Shown here: in pieces, positions 1 to 9,864 of the stretch
How positions within the stretch are numbered: the stretch's first letter is position 1
How the letters are laid out: every line of letters starts with the position of its first letter
Assembly (NCBI RefSeq): GCF_001194135.2
Contig: NC_068981.1
Coordinates: 190,474,655 to 190,516,992 of the forward strand
Length of the DNA: 42,338 nucleotides
DNA from: Octopus bimaculoides
Lineage: Eukaryota
Reading direction: 5' to 3'
Position numbers and translations under genes: made by a program
Notes under the pieces: model-generated
Database searches by the model: none
The model's input: only the letters and a program-made list of their open reading frames with translations
What the model was told of the DNA's origin: nothing

Positions 1-375
1 TTGATTGATGTTATGTCTTTGGGGTGCGATTTGTGATATAAATTGTTTAAGTCTGGTGTTATGGATGTATTTTATTTGTTGTAAGAAACCACTAGCCGCT
101 AGTGTTTGGTTGTAGTATGGAGCGTGATTGTTAAATATTTCTTCAGAAGAGGATAGATCAGATAAGCGGGTAGAGATCCCTATGATTATGTTATCGAAAG
201 TAGATCTGTGGTGATTAGATTGAATATTGAGGTATTTAAGGTACTGGTTGGGTTTATGATAGGGGGAGTGTTGCGAGTTAGATAGGTTCAGAGAAACGTC
301 CAAGAAGTTAGCCGTTTTGTATGCGTTTTCAAATGTTATTGATAGATTCATACCTGAGAAAAAAACCTGTATATG
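1..375 (-). mobile_element. Penelope-like element (PLE): reverse transcriptase C-terminal/thumb region, 5'-truncated, runs off the window edge
   Basis: Hand translation of the minus strand is stop-free over about 125 codons: ...GMNLSITFENAYKTANFLDVSLNLSNSQHSPYHKPNQYLKYLNIQSNHHRSTFDNIIIGISTRLSDLSSSEEIFNNHAPYYNQTLAASGF... This matches the recalled PLE RT pattern NFLDV..L...Y.KP.....Y....SNHP....I...RLS..SS.E..F....P.Y...L..SG(F/Y). It is absent from the ORF track because its stop lies outside the window. Confidence 0.8.
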
Positions 376-379
376 TATA

Positions 380-725
380 TATATATACACACACAAATTT
401 AGATTCAGATAAATATGGTACTTGAGTTGAGGCATCAGAATTTAGTACGGTATTATCCGTACAATTTCAAAGTAAGGTGATTAAAATCAAAATAAGCAAC
501 AAGGATATCCAGAGGTAATGCAGTACGATCGTTTCATGCAACTCCATTTAATTGAACAATGTAATCATTACATCAAATATAAAATGTAGAGCAATCTTCA
601 GCTGCACAAAGACATAGAATTTAATTAAATTAGAAAAGATGGACACATTAAAATAATTATACCTAAAATCTCCAAGAAGTTAAGGAGATAGACAAAGAAC
701 ATTGTCACCCTTCCTTCCACTTAGA

Positions 726-762
<37 letters not shown>
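380..762 (-). mobile_element. Putative pseudo-LTR of the Penelope-like element
   Basis: Directly upstream of the PLE RT frame on the same strand, contains a hammerhead ribozyme and is bounded on both sides by (TA)n. A pLTR followed by a truncated body is typical PLE architecture. Confidence 0.55.
519..606 (-). ncRNA. Type I hammerhead ribozyme with extended helix II
   Basis: Minus-strand RNA: UGCAG (606-602), CUGAAGA (601-595), U-UGC..51 nt..GCA-U (594-536), GAAA (535-532), C-GAUC-G-U-A (531-524), CUGCA (523-519). Helix I is 5 perfect bp. Helix III is AC/GU capped by palindromic GAUC. The cleavage triplet is GUA. Confidence 0.85.
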
Positions 763-860
763 NNNNNNNNNNNNNNNNNNNNNNNNNNNNNNNNNNNNNN
801 NNNNNNNNNNNNNNNNNNNNNNNNNNNNNNNNNNNNNNNNNNNNNNNNNNNNNNNNNNNN

Positions 861-1198
861 TTTCAGTCATTTGACCGCGGCCATGCTGGAGCACCACCTT
901 TAGTCAAGTAAATCGACCCCAGGACTTATTCTATCAGCCTCTTTTGCCGAGCCGCTAAGTTACGGGAACCTAAACACACCAGCATCGGTTGTCAAGCGAT
1001 GTTAGGGAGACAAACACAGATACACAACATATACACACATACATATATACGACGGGCTCCTTTCAGTTTCCATCTACCAAATCCACTCACAAGGCTTTGG
1101 TCGGCCCGAGGCTATAGAAGACACTTGCCCAAGGTGCCACGCAGTGGGACTGAACCCAGAACCATGTAGTTCGTAAGCAAGCTACTTCCAACACAGCC
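861..1198 (-). mobile_element. tRNA-derived SINE family A (CORE-like, octopus OK/OR-type; exact family not verified)
   Basis: Head GGCTGTGTTGGAAGTAGCTTGCTTAC...GGGTTCAGTCCCACTGCGTGGCACCTTGGGCAAGTGTCTTCT with A/B boxes, an internal (TA)/(TG) tract and the 3' module ...GGTGCTCCAGCATGGCCGCGGTCAAATGACTGAAA. More than 10 related copies occur in the window. Confidence 0.9.
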
Positions 1199-1457
1199 AT
1201 AGTCAATAAAATAAAATAAAATAAAATGTAATTTTTCGTCTTCCCTCAAAAATTGCTGGCTTTGTACCTAAACAAGAAACCATTATTGTTGGATTTTCCG
1301 TGACAAGAAGCACATGGCAATCCTTTCATTTCTGAATAATAGTTTTGTAATTTTTTCTGAATCAATTCGTTTTGGTTTCTTCCATAGAAAGGTGAGCATT
1401 TTTTTAAAAATTTGTTTTCGTTCAAATTTCATTTGCTGGTCCTAAAATGCCACTCAC

Positions 1458-1614
1458 CAGTATGTCACCCCTCTTACCGTTTTCTTCATTAACTCTCCGG
1501 TTGCGACCAATACGCCCCTCCTGTCGTCCCCTGGTCTTGTTTGTTTGTAGCTGACATTCACTGCAAAACGTCAATCGGAAACACCCTTGATCCTGCCAGC
1601 ACAAATTTTGACAG
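1458..1614 (-). other. Candidate spliced exon of a leftward transcript (coding status unknown)
   Basis: Acceptor TTTTCTTCTTGTTTGTGTGTATTTTCTGTGCAG| before 1614. Two donors: ACG|GTAAGA (exon end 1478) and CTG|GTGAGT (exon end 1458). GC content is higher than in the flanks. Confidence 0.4.
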
Positions 1615-1689
1615 CTGCACAGAAAATACACACAAACAAGAAGAAAATGGATTGAAAATATTGTAAAACACAGCTTAACATTTTAAAAC

Positions 1690-2175
1690 AAAATTACGAT
1701 GATATCGAAGGTTTAGTACGAAGAAAAACTACGACAGCAAAAACACTCTGCTCTGGATACACAAATGCGTTAATGTCACGTCCAATAAAGACATTCTAGA
1801 CAAAGACAAGGTCCAGTCAGAGACATCTGTTTGGTAAAAGGTGCATTACAAGAAACACTGACAACTTGTCCAGGAAATTTGTTGAAGGTCAAGTCAGGAA
1901 ACGGTACTCTATGTATTTTCTTTTCATATATTTTAATTAATGTCTTGTACAGTGCAGTACTGTACTCTATTTTAATTTATTAATTTTTAGGCGTAAAAAT
2001 GCTTATTTTATCACAGAAATAATTGGAATCTAAAAAAATATAAATACCTATTGGCCACAGAAACCTTCGATATACCGAGGAGTCTGCGATATAAATTTGC
2101 ATATATTAGCCAGAGAAATCCGCGTTGTACTGAGGGCGCAATAGGTGAACCGCGTTATGGCGTGGGATTACTGTA
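1690..2175 (+). mobile_element. Tigger/pogo-like DNA transposon 3' remnant
   Basis: Ends in ...AGGTGAACCGCGTTATGGCGTGGGATTACTG|TA. The reverse complement CAGTAATCCCACGCCATAACGCGGTTCACCT is a Tigger-type TIR with a TA target. The left boundary is approximate and no left TIR was seen. Confidence 0.5.
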
Positions 2176-2202
2176 TATAAAGTTAAATTTTATGTTCTAT
2201 AG

Positions 2203-2470
2203 TAAAGGCGCGTGTCTTAGTGGTTAAGGTGTTCAGTTACGAATTTAAGGTCATGAGTTCGTTTCCCAGCAGCGTGCTGTGTCCTTCAGCAAGACACTTT
2301 ATTTCATGTTGTCCCCATCCTCTCAGCTGGCAAAAACAAGTAATACCTGTATTTCAAACTACCAACTTTGCTGCATTCTGTGTCTCGCTCAATCTCCCTG
2401 AGAACTACATTAAGGGTACACATGTTTGTGGAGTGCTCAGCCACTTGCACGTTAATTTCATGAGCATCGA
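2203..2470 (+). mobile_element. tRNA-derived SINE family B variant (3'-truncated)
   Basis: A/B-box head GGCGCGTGTCTTAGTGGTTAAGG...GAGTTCGTTTCCC, and body GAGAACTACATTAAGGGTACACATG...GTGCTCAGCCACTTGCACGTTAATTTC shared with 24596-24967. Confidence 0.75.
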
Positions 2471-2619
2471 TAAAAATGCTTGTGAAATAAGAGCGTCGGT
2501 AAAAATTTCTTGCAGTATTCTTTACGTTTTGAGTTCAAATACTGCAAAGATCAAGCTTTGCTTCTCGTCCCTCCAAGATTGATAAAATCAAGTACCAGCG
2601 ATCGAAGTAACTGATCCCT

Positions 2620-2735
2620 TTGTAGTGACGTCATCTTGAGAGTCTTCAGCACGCATGCGCAGGGTTGAAATCTTCAGGAAGGCCTGCCGGAAGTTCCCTC
2701 GTGCGTATGCGCAGAAAACTGGCGGGTAAAAAGTT
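2620..2735. promoter_or_regulatory. CpG-rich housekeeping-type, probably bidirectional promoter
   Basis: Within 110 bp: TGACGTCA (CRE, 2626-2633), CGCATGCGCA (NRF1-like, 2652-2661), CCGGAAGT (ETS/GABP, 2687-2694), TGCGTATGCGCA (NRF1-like, 2702-2713) and GGCGGG (2721-2726). Local CpG enrichment in an otherwise CpG-poor window. No TATA box seen. Confidence 0.7.
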
Positions 2736-2947
2736 CTCTTGCGTTTCTGACTCGAGACGCAACCGCTGAACCTTGTAGACGTGTGTTTAGCAGCTCTGAG
2801 TTCGCCTACGCTCTTGTCCCGGAGGCTTGGAATTTGACCAGCTCTGATTCCTAATGGAGTTCCATGAAGAATGATTAACTCTATCTTTGCTGATCCTACA
2901 CCTCACCTGACCACCGTTTGTTCCAAGTATAATATTGTCTTCATAAA
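2735..2947 (+). other. Probable first exon of a rightward gene (start approximate)
   Basis: Follows the promoter motifs and ends at AAA|GTAAGT (donor 2948-2953). ATGs at 2854 (MEFHEE*) and 2864 (MKND*) open short uORFs. ATG 2871 stays open to the donor (MINSIFADPTPHLTTVCSKYNIVFI, phase 2). Confidence 0.55.
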
Positions 2948-3829
2948 GTAAGTTTAATACCGACCTTGCTGTTTCCACTCCAGACCTGGCTACTGATTGT
3001 CTCGAGTTGTACATTTTGTACATACCGAATAAAATATTGCTTTTGTTAAAATACTTTCTTGTTCTGCTAATTTTTCTAAAAAAAACCCATTGATGTAAGG
3101 AAGTGTGTGACACCCTTCCAGTGCCAATAGAATTCAACCTCTTACACCTTCTCCACAAAAAAACCCCCCAGCTAATCTTGTACTTACATTTGTAAGAATC
3201 TTACATCAGGTTTCCTTTTTTTGACAACATGCTAACCTGGACTGTAAAGCTACCAGTGTTTCTATTGTTTTTATCTTCTGATACGACTATTAGATTATTT
3301 ACAAATAAATGCATTTGAAAACGAAAATGTCAAGTCAATCATTCTGCGTTATACTTTTTTACCTGGAGTGTACTACAGTTTTATTGCACATGGTAAAACA
3401 GAATGACAAAAAAGAATCAGATTTGTTGCAGAATTAAAATAGAATAGCTGTATTTGTTTAGCCTATGGAGACTTGTTTAGGAACGAGAGAAAATTCAAAA
3501 TGTCTTTCTACAGAGGATTAGAAATTCACATCTGAATAATCAGGGTAGCTACAAAGGTTTCGATTATTGACCCGAAACACGTGTTTCGTGAATGTTCTAA
3601 TCTCCAGAGAATGTTCAATAATAGAATAGTTTATCAAATTCTCGGAATTCTTTCAAGGTAAACCGAACAATATTATATTTATTTATAGGAAATGTTACAG
3701 AAAATAAAACGAAATCAATACAGAATATTTTTCCCTAGTAATAATCTTATCACCAGAAACAGATACAAAAAAGAAACAGAGGTTAGCTCTTAAAACAGGG
3801 GAGAAAAACAGAACAAAGAAAAACTTATA

Positions 3830-4060
3830 AATATTGATTTCTAACATAGGTACAAGGCCACGCATTTTGGGAGACAAAACAATCGATTATATCGATACCA
3901 GTATTTGATTGGTACCTTTTTTTAAATTTTACCGGCCTCACATGGATAAAAAGCAAAGTCAACTGTGGTGGGATAAAAACATAAATATGTTTTAAAATAA
4001 ACAAAAAGGAAACACCCTAAATACTGCAGGGCGTTCTGTCCACTGCTGGACCAACATCGT
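3830..4060 (-). mobile_element. SINE family C (Nin/Deu-like central domain), degenerate
   Basis: The reverse complement contains GTTGACTTTGCTTTTTATCC...GGTACCAATCAAATACTGGTATCGATATAATCGATT...GGCCTTGTACCTATGTTAGAAATCAATATT, matching 15135-15300 and 41745-41945. Confidence 0.6.
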
Positions 4061-4475
4061 TATAGTGGGAGGCTATGCTATCAACGAAGCTGGTTTATTT
4101 TGTTTTTGGCTACTAAATTCAATATAGCGATTCTAAAATACAATAAACTTGATACAACTGTGGTTGTCTTAGGTCAAAGTCATTCTCGTCTTTTGATTCC
4201 TGCGTATTGTCAGTATTTCACTTCGTTTGAATGGAATCTGGTTTTGTTTGTTTGTTTGCTTTTTTATTCCTTTTATGATTGTATCGGTTAAATTGGTTTG
4301 TTTTTGCCATCATCTCCTGATGTCATATTTCTCTCACACTCTTTTTTGTTTATTCTTCTCTTTCTCTCCCTCTCCCTCTCTCTCACTCTCTTCCTCTTTC
4401 TCTCTCCACACTCGCACACAATAAATACATACTGATATATAAATACACACACACAACACAAACACACAGGTATGT

Positions 4476-4509
<34 letters not shown>

Positions 4510-4822
4510 TTGGAGAAAAATTACCTAAGATAAATAAATCAGTCACTAGCATTTGAACAACCTTAGATAAATGTAGATATATCAAATTACCAAATACATA
4601 CATTCATTCATACATACATTCACACACATATACATTCATACAAACATACATACATTCATGCATACATACATGTGGAGGTGGGAGTCATGTGAATCGGCAG
4701 GGTTATTTCATTAGAGTGTTGGTTGTATTCGATCCGACTCCGATTCTGGGTTCAAATCCCACTTAAATCAAATTAGCCTTTTATCTTTTCAGGGACAGAT
4801 ACAACAGTTTCAGGGTTTCCTG

Positions 4823-5281
4823 TGTGATGACATCAGAAGCTCAACATCTGCACATCAGACTCTCTTAGATTGCTATCAACAAAAATGTTGATGAATCACA
4901 AGATATAGACTGAAACATTAATTCAGCTAAGCATAACTTATGAAACAATGGTGAACAACAGACTGAGGTTCATAAGGACAGTGTCATATAGAGCTTGGCA
5001 GATTGAAGAGAGGCACAGTCATGTGTCAAGTTCAATATCAGCTGTTCGACAACTAGACTGACCAGCACGAACATTCTATAATGCCCAGCGATGAAACTAC
5101 TAACTTTAAAATCAACCATGACGGGGAAACTCCCATTTATTCACTCAACCTCTCTCTCCCTTTCTCTACATCTCCCTTATGTCTACGTGCAGTTACGCAA
5201 GGTATACTACTATATTACTAAGGCAATCACATCATTCTTTTACAAAATCTGGCCACAACAGTAATCTTATTTTTCCGGCAT
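4823..5281. repeat. Diverged direct repeat A, putative LTR
   Basis: Colinear similarity to 7458-7993 (CAACA.CTGCACATCA; AGTCATGT; AGACTGA.CAGC..GAACATTCT.TAAT; AAACTACT; CTTTAAAA; TTCACTC + CT tract; CTAAGG). Can be bounded TG...CA. Boundaries approximate. Confidence 0.45.
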
Positions 5282-6859
5282 AGTTTGTGATTTTCTTTCT
5301 TGGAACGGTCGTCTTCCACTTTCAAGTATTGATAATAAATCAGATGGTGAACATAAAGGACAGATTACTCTTGTTTTTCTTTAGACTTGTTTATCATAGT
5401 TAAATTAATCTTGTTAAGTTTTTAACCTCCGAGCGAAACGAACTACGCAACCCAGTTTCCAACATACGATATCTGACGTTGAAAATATATGCAGCTCACA
5501 GCCTACAAAATAGGTGTAGCTTGGTGCACTTATTTTGCAAAAATCTGCAAGAATACAACAACCACGGCAATGTTCTTCGAAAATGCATTTGCTTAGCACT
5601 CATAACGACTTCACCGCCTAAATTATGGAAACACATGGAAGACACACAAAATTCACCACCCGTCTTGAGATGCAGAACCAGCTTCCTTCCCTTGGATTCC
5701 ATGTGAACATTTGTATATCTGGATTCCATCGGCGTCCATAGACTTTTCCATATGTTCTTATAATTTTCCATTTCAGCACCAGTTTTCCAGCAACAAACGC
5801 TCTGCATGTTGGACAATTTGTTTTTGTTTTTCTTTCATTTGTTTACATTGTTTGCTTTTATTTTTCATTTTAGTGTTTTGCCTCGTTTGTGCACGCACCT
5901 ACTTTAATTTTGCTATGAACGCAAACACTCTTCTTCTTCACATGCAACAACTCGAATATTCATGTCCTTTTCCTGTACGCTCTTTTTCGTACGCGTTCTC
6001 CTGCACGCTTCCAATTCATAAATATAACAACAACTGGTTCTGCATTTCGTTCAGTTGACAGTTGTTTTCAGCCAACAAACTTCATGTCGAATACGTGGTA
6101 ACACATGCATAAAAGTAACAGCATAGCAATGTTTGTTTTGCTGCGTCCACCTTCTGCATAATACTTCGTTCATAACCTGCAGATCCAAATGCAGCTGGAG
6201 TTCGATTTATGTGCATACACGTTTTCATAGTGTTACTTTCTCTTTTGTCGTTTACACATCATCCATTAAACATTCACATCTGGGATGTGAGTGCTTGGTA
6301 AATGATGCATAAACGACAGAAGGGAGTATATAACACGATGAAGACGAGTTGGGTTTTATAATTTTTTTTTCCAGAACACTCAACCTTTTCTTCAGTTTGC
6401 TTCTTAACTTAAACAACGTTACAACAATCATGCATACATACATTAAATATCTCACATGTACCCTAGTGTTTGTGCCATCAGTAATTATTTCCTGATCTGT
6501 GCCAAACTTAAGCTGTATTTAGCGAAATCGTTTCTGTCTTCTAGTTCTGCAACGAACAACAGTTCACACTGCTCTGCCCTACGTTTTTTCTGCTTATGAA
6601 CCCGCTTCAAGGCTTAACTTGACCAGACCTGTTAACACCGCTTACCATATACTCCTAGTCCCTTTGCCACTCCCGGACCCCACAAAAAAAAAACACATAT
6701 TGCCTACAGCAGACCCAAAAGTACCACCCCTTTGTACGAGATCGCTTGGGTCACGGTGTACGTAAAGGATGTTTACGCGACTCAACGCATCCAGCATGTC
6801 TTTTAAAGCTTATCGTAATTGCTTTATGCGCAGCAATTACTTACGACCACATGGGCAAA

Positions 6860-7110
6860 CACACTTGGCCTCTGCATTTTCTTCAAGGCACCGACCAGAG
6901 TATTTACATATAGTGCCAGAAATCTTTCTGTTATACCATTGGATTGTAAACATATGATTTTTCTTTTTCGCAGCGTTTGCGAGATATTCAAACTCACCTG
7001 AATATTTTACACTGCATCATATTCAGATCTACTTGAATATTATACTGCACTATGTTCAGACTCACTTGACTATGGCATTCATACGTACTTCATTATTCAG
7101 ACTCTCTGGA
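6860..7110 (-). pseudogene. Highly decayed Ty3/Gypsy-like integrase remnant
   Basis: Minus-strand peptides CVYVPESLNNEVR/YECHS (frameshifted, resembling the segment leading into the zinc-binding domain) and LQSNGITERFLALYVNTLVGALKK (resembling the integrase core PQSNGxxERxxxTL..AL). Confidence 0.45.
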
Positions 7111-7457
7111 ACATACACGCATTTAGTACCACACACTTAAATATGTACTTGCAGTCACGTACATTGCAGTTCACATTCTCTCTTCTGATATCTAAGACGC
7201 CTATTTCTGGCCTAGCCTTACATAAACCTTCCATTTTCGCATACACGTTAAATGTCACATTAGTGTTCTGACATTCGTTGTTTAACATCCCTTTCTCTGC
7301 AGGATATGTCAACATAATTAGCACAACCTGTTACACTTACATTTCGATTCACTTGTTGTTATATAAGCAAGTCTCTGGTGAGGAGATTAATTTAGCAGAT
7401 TTCTGCTTCAACTTGAAAACTGTTTTAGTTGTAAACACAAGACAGGATCTTCAAATT

Positions 7458-7993
7458 GTTAGCTGACGTCATTGGAAAAGCTAACGAACGATGTTCAACA
7501 GCTGCACATCAAATTCATTGACTGACGTCAGCAAAATTTCTGGCGAATCAGAAATTGTTGATTGAAAAATCTCTCAAGCTTTAATTAAGTTAAAGTCAGC
7601 CTATAACAGAAATAGCGGATAACAGGCAACGACCCAGACTAATATGGTCTGATACAGCTGGCCAAACTGACAAAAGAGCGACGAAGTCATGTCTTAATTT
7701 AGACCAAGTTCAAAATCAGACTGATCAGCGTGAACATTCTGTAATATCTGACGATTAAACTACTCCTAGCAGCTTTAAAACCAAACAATGCAGGGATAAT
7801 TCATAGCTATTCCTTCATTCATTCACTCTTTCTCTCTCCCTCTCTCTCTCCCTCTCTCTCTCTCACTCACTCTCTCTCTCTCTCTTCTGCTCTCTACGTT
7901 TCACTTTCATCTACACACAATCACACAGCGTCCAACAAATTTGCTAAGGTGAGCACAACATTCATTTTCTTACCAAACCAGGTCAAATATCAG
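7458..7993. repeat. Diverged direct repeat B, putative LTR
   Basis: Homologous to 4823-5281. Contains two TGACGTCA sites, a (CT)n tract and a CTAAG|GTGAG donor-like site. Bounded TGT...ATCA. Confidence 0.45.
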
Positions 7994-9149
7994 TTGGGTA
8001 GTGCTGTTGGAATATTTTCCATATCACACAAAAGATAATGTACTTATGGTGGCATTTAACAAAGTCATGATTCACTGAAAATGGAATTGAGTAGACTTCA
8101 TCTATAGTACCAGCAAATCATCTGGTCACATGATCATACCTAATCAAACTACTGGGATGCCAGGCTCATAATATCTTATTCATAGTCTATATTAACGTCA
8201 TACCTGTCATGTACTAATTTTGACCCGGCTACAATGGGTTAGAGAGCGAAGCTGACAAGACTTTTCAAATGTTTTCATATTTTTTGTTCACCTCTAATTT
8301 TAAAAAAAAATAACCTTTTCAGGTACTCTGTCCAAAACCGTTGAAAATGTTGCACAGAATACCAATTAGTTTACCTTTGACATGGTACAAATAAATAGGA
8401 TGCTATTATCATCGATCATCAAAACCCTGTGTATCTGGAAACCAATTTGTTAACAATACCACAACCATTTCTACATTGAGTATCTCATTTCCGATCCAAG
8501 CAAACAGAAAGACTGGGACCAGACGACACGTCCCATTGGTCAGCTCGCTTTTATAGGATGCTTCATTCTCTGTAAAAGATACTTTGTGTTATTTATAATT
8601 TTTGTTACTTTTGTTGACCTTTTTATTGATTGCCTTCTTAGCAATCTAGAAAGGGACTAAGGTAGTGCCACCATTCAACTACTAATTAACATAATCGTTT
8701 CACTGTTTAGTCATGTGTGTTATTTTAACCAATTAAAAATTCATGCTCTCCAGTTCTTAGACAAGACACACGACTGGCTTTCCAGAATGCACTCGGCACC
8801 GAATAAATCAAGCAGCTGATCTTTCCAGCTTCTTTTCGCACTGAAATGAGAAAACATCAACACAGAACAAGATCGATTCCCAACTGTTCCAAATCATAAA
8901 TGCACATGGAGATGAACGACAATCTATTTATCCAAGTTTTTTTTTTCTTTTTTTTATTTGTATCAGTCATTTGACTACAGCCAAGTTGGAGCATCGCATT
9001 TAGTTATGTTATGAAAGATTTCCGGACAATTGACATCAGTTAAAATAAGAATAGTAATAAATGAGTGTAGAACGAATATATACTGCGTGTGTTTATTTGG
9101 AGAAAAAAATACCATCCTGAAATACAACAAGATATATATATATATATTC

Positions 9150-9541
9150 CTTTATTCTTTCACTTGATTCAGTTATTTTGACTGCGGCCATGCTGGAGTA
9201 GCGCCTTTTAGTTGAGCAAATCGACACCAGGACTTATTCTTTGTAAGCCTAGTACTTATTCTATCGGTTTCTTTTGCCGAACCGCGAAGTAACGGTGACG
9301 TAAACACAACAGCAACGTTTTTTCAAGCGATGTTGGGACACACACACACACACAAAAATATACACACACACACATACATATATACGATGGGCTTCTTTCA
9401 GTTTACGTGTACCAAATCCACTCGCAATGCTTTGGTCGCCCGATGCTATAGTAGAAGACACTTGCCCAAGGTGCCATGCAATGGGACTGAACCCGGAACC
9501 ATGTGGTTGGTAAGCAAGCTACTTACCACACAGCTACTCCT
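9150..9541 (-). mobile_element. SINE family A, full length
   Basis: Complete head, CORE-like segment, (TG)/(TA) middle and 3' module, as in 861-1198. Confidence 0.9.
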
Positions 9542-9832
9542 GCTGTGTGTATATATATATATATATATATANNNNNNNNNNNNNNNNNNNNNNNNNNNNN
9601 NNNNNNNNNNNNNNNNNNNNNNNNNNNNNNNNNNNNNNNNNNNNNNNNNNNNNNNNNNNNNNNNNNNNNNNNNNNNNNNNNNNNNNNNNNNNNNNNNNNN
9701 NNNNNNNNNNNNNNNNNNNNNNNTTTTAGGGAAAATAACCAATTTTCAAGAACTCATCGATGAAAATCCACTATCACATATAGAAAAATTAATAATTTTT
9801 TACCTGTAATTTTGGATTTTGTCCCTAATAAT

Positions 9833-9864
<32 letters not shown>

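Noticed and set aside
5640-5830. CPTCRAFV (RING-like) and nearby EEHCRGCC (zinc-finger-like) peptides on the minus strand
   Set aside because: Isolated CxxC motifs with no remaining ligands in frame, and in the wrong order to belong to the integrase trace.
6150-6780. Plus-strand peptides faintly like Gypsy protease/RT (LQIQMQLEFD, DLCQT*AVF, VTVYVK)
   Set aside because: No catalytic DTG or YxDD motif, many stops, and similarity too weak to call by eye.
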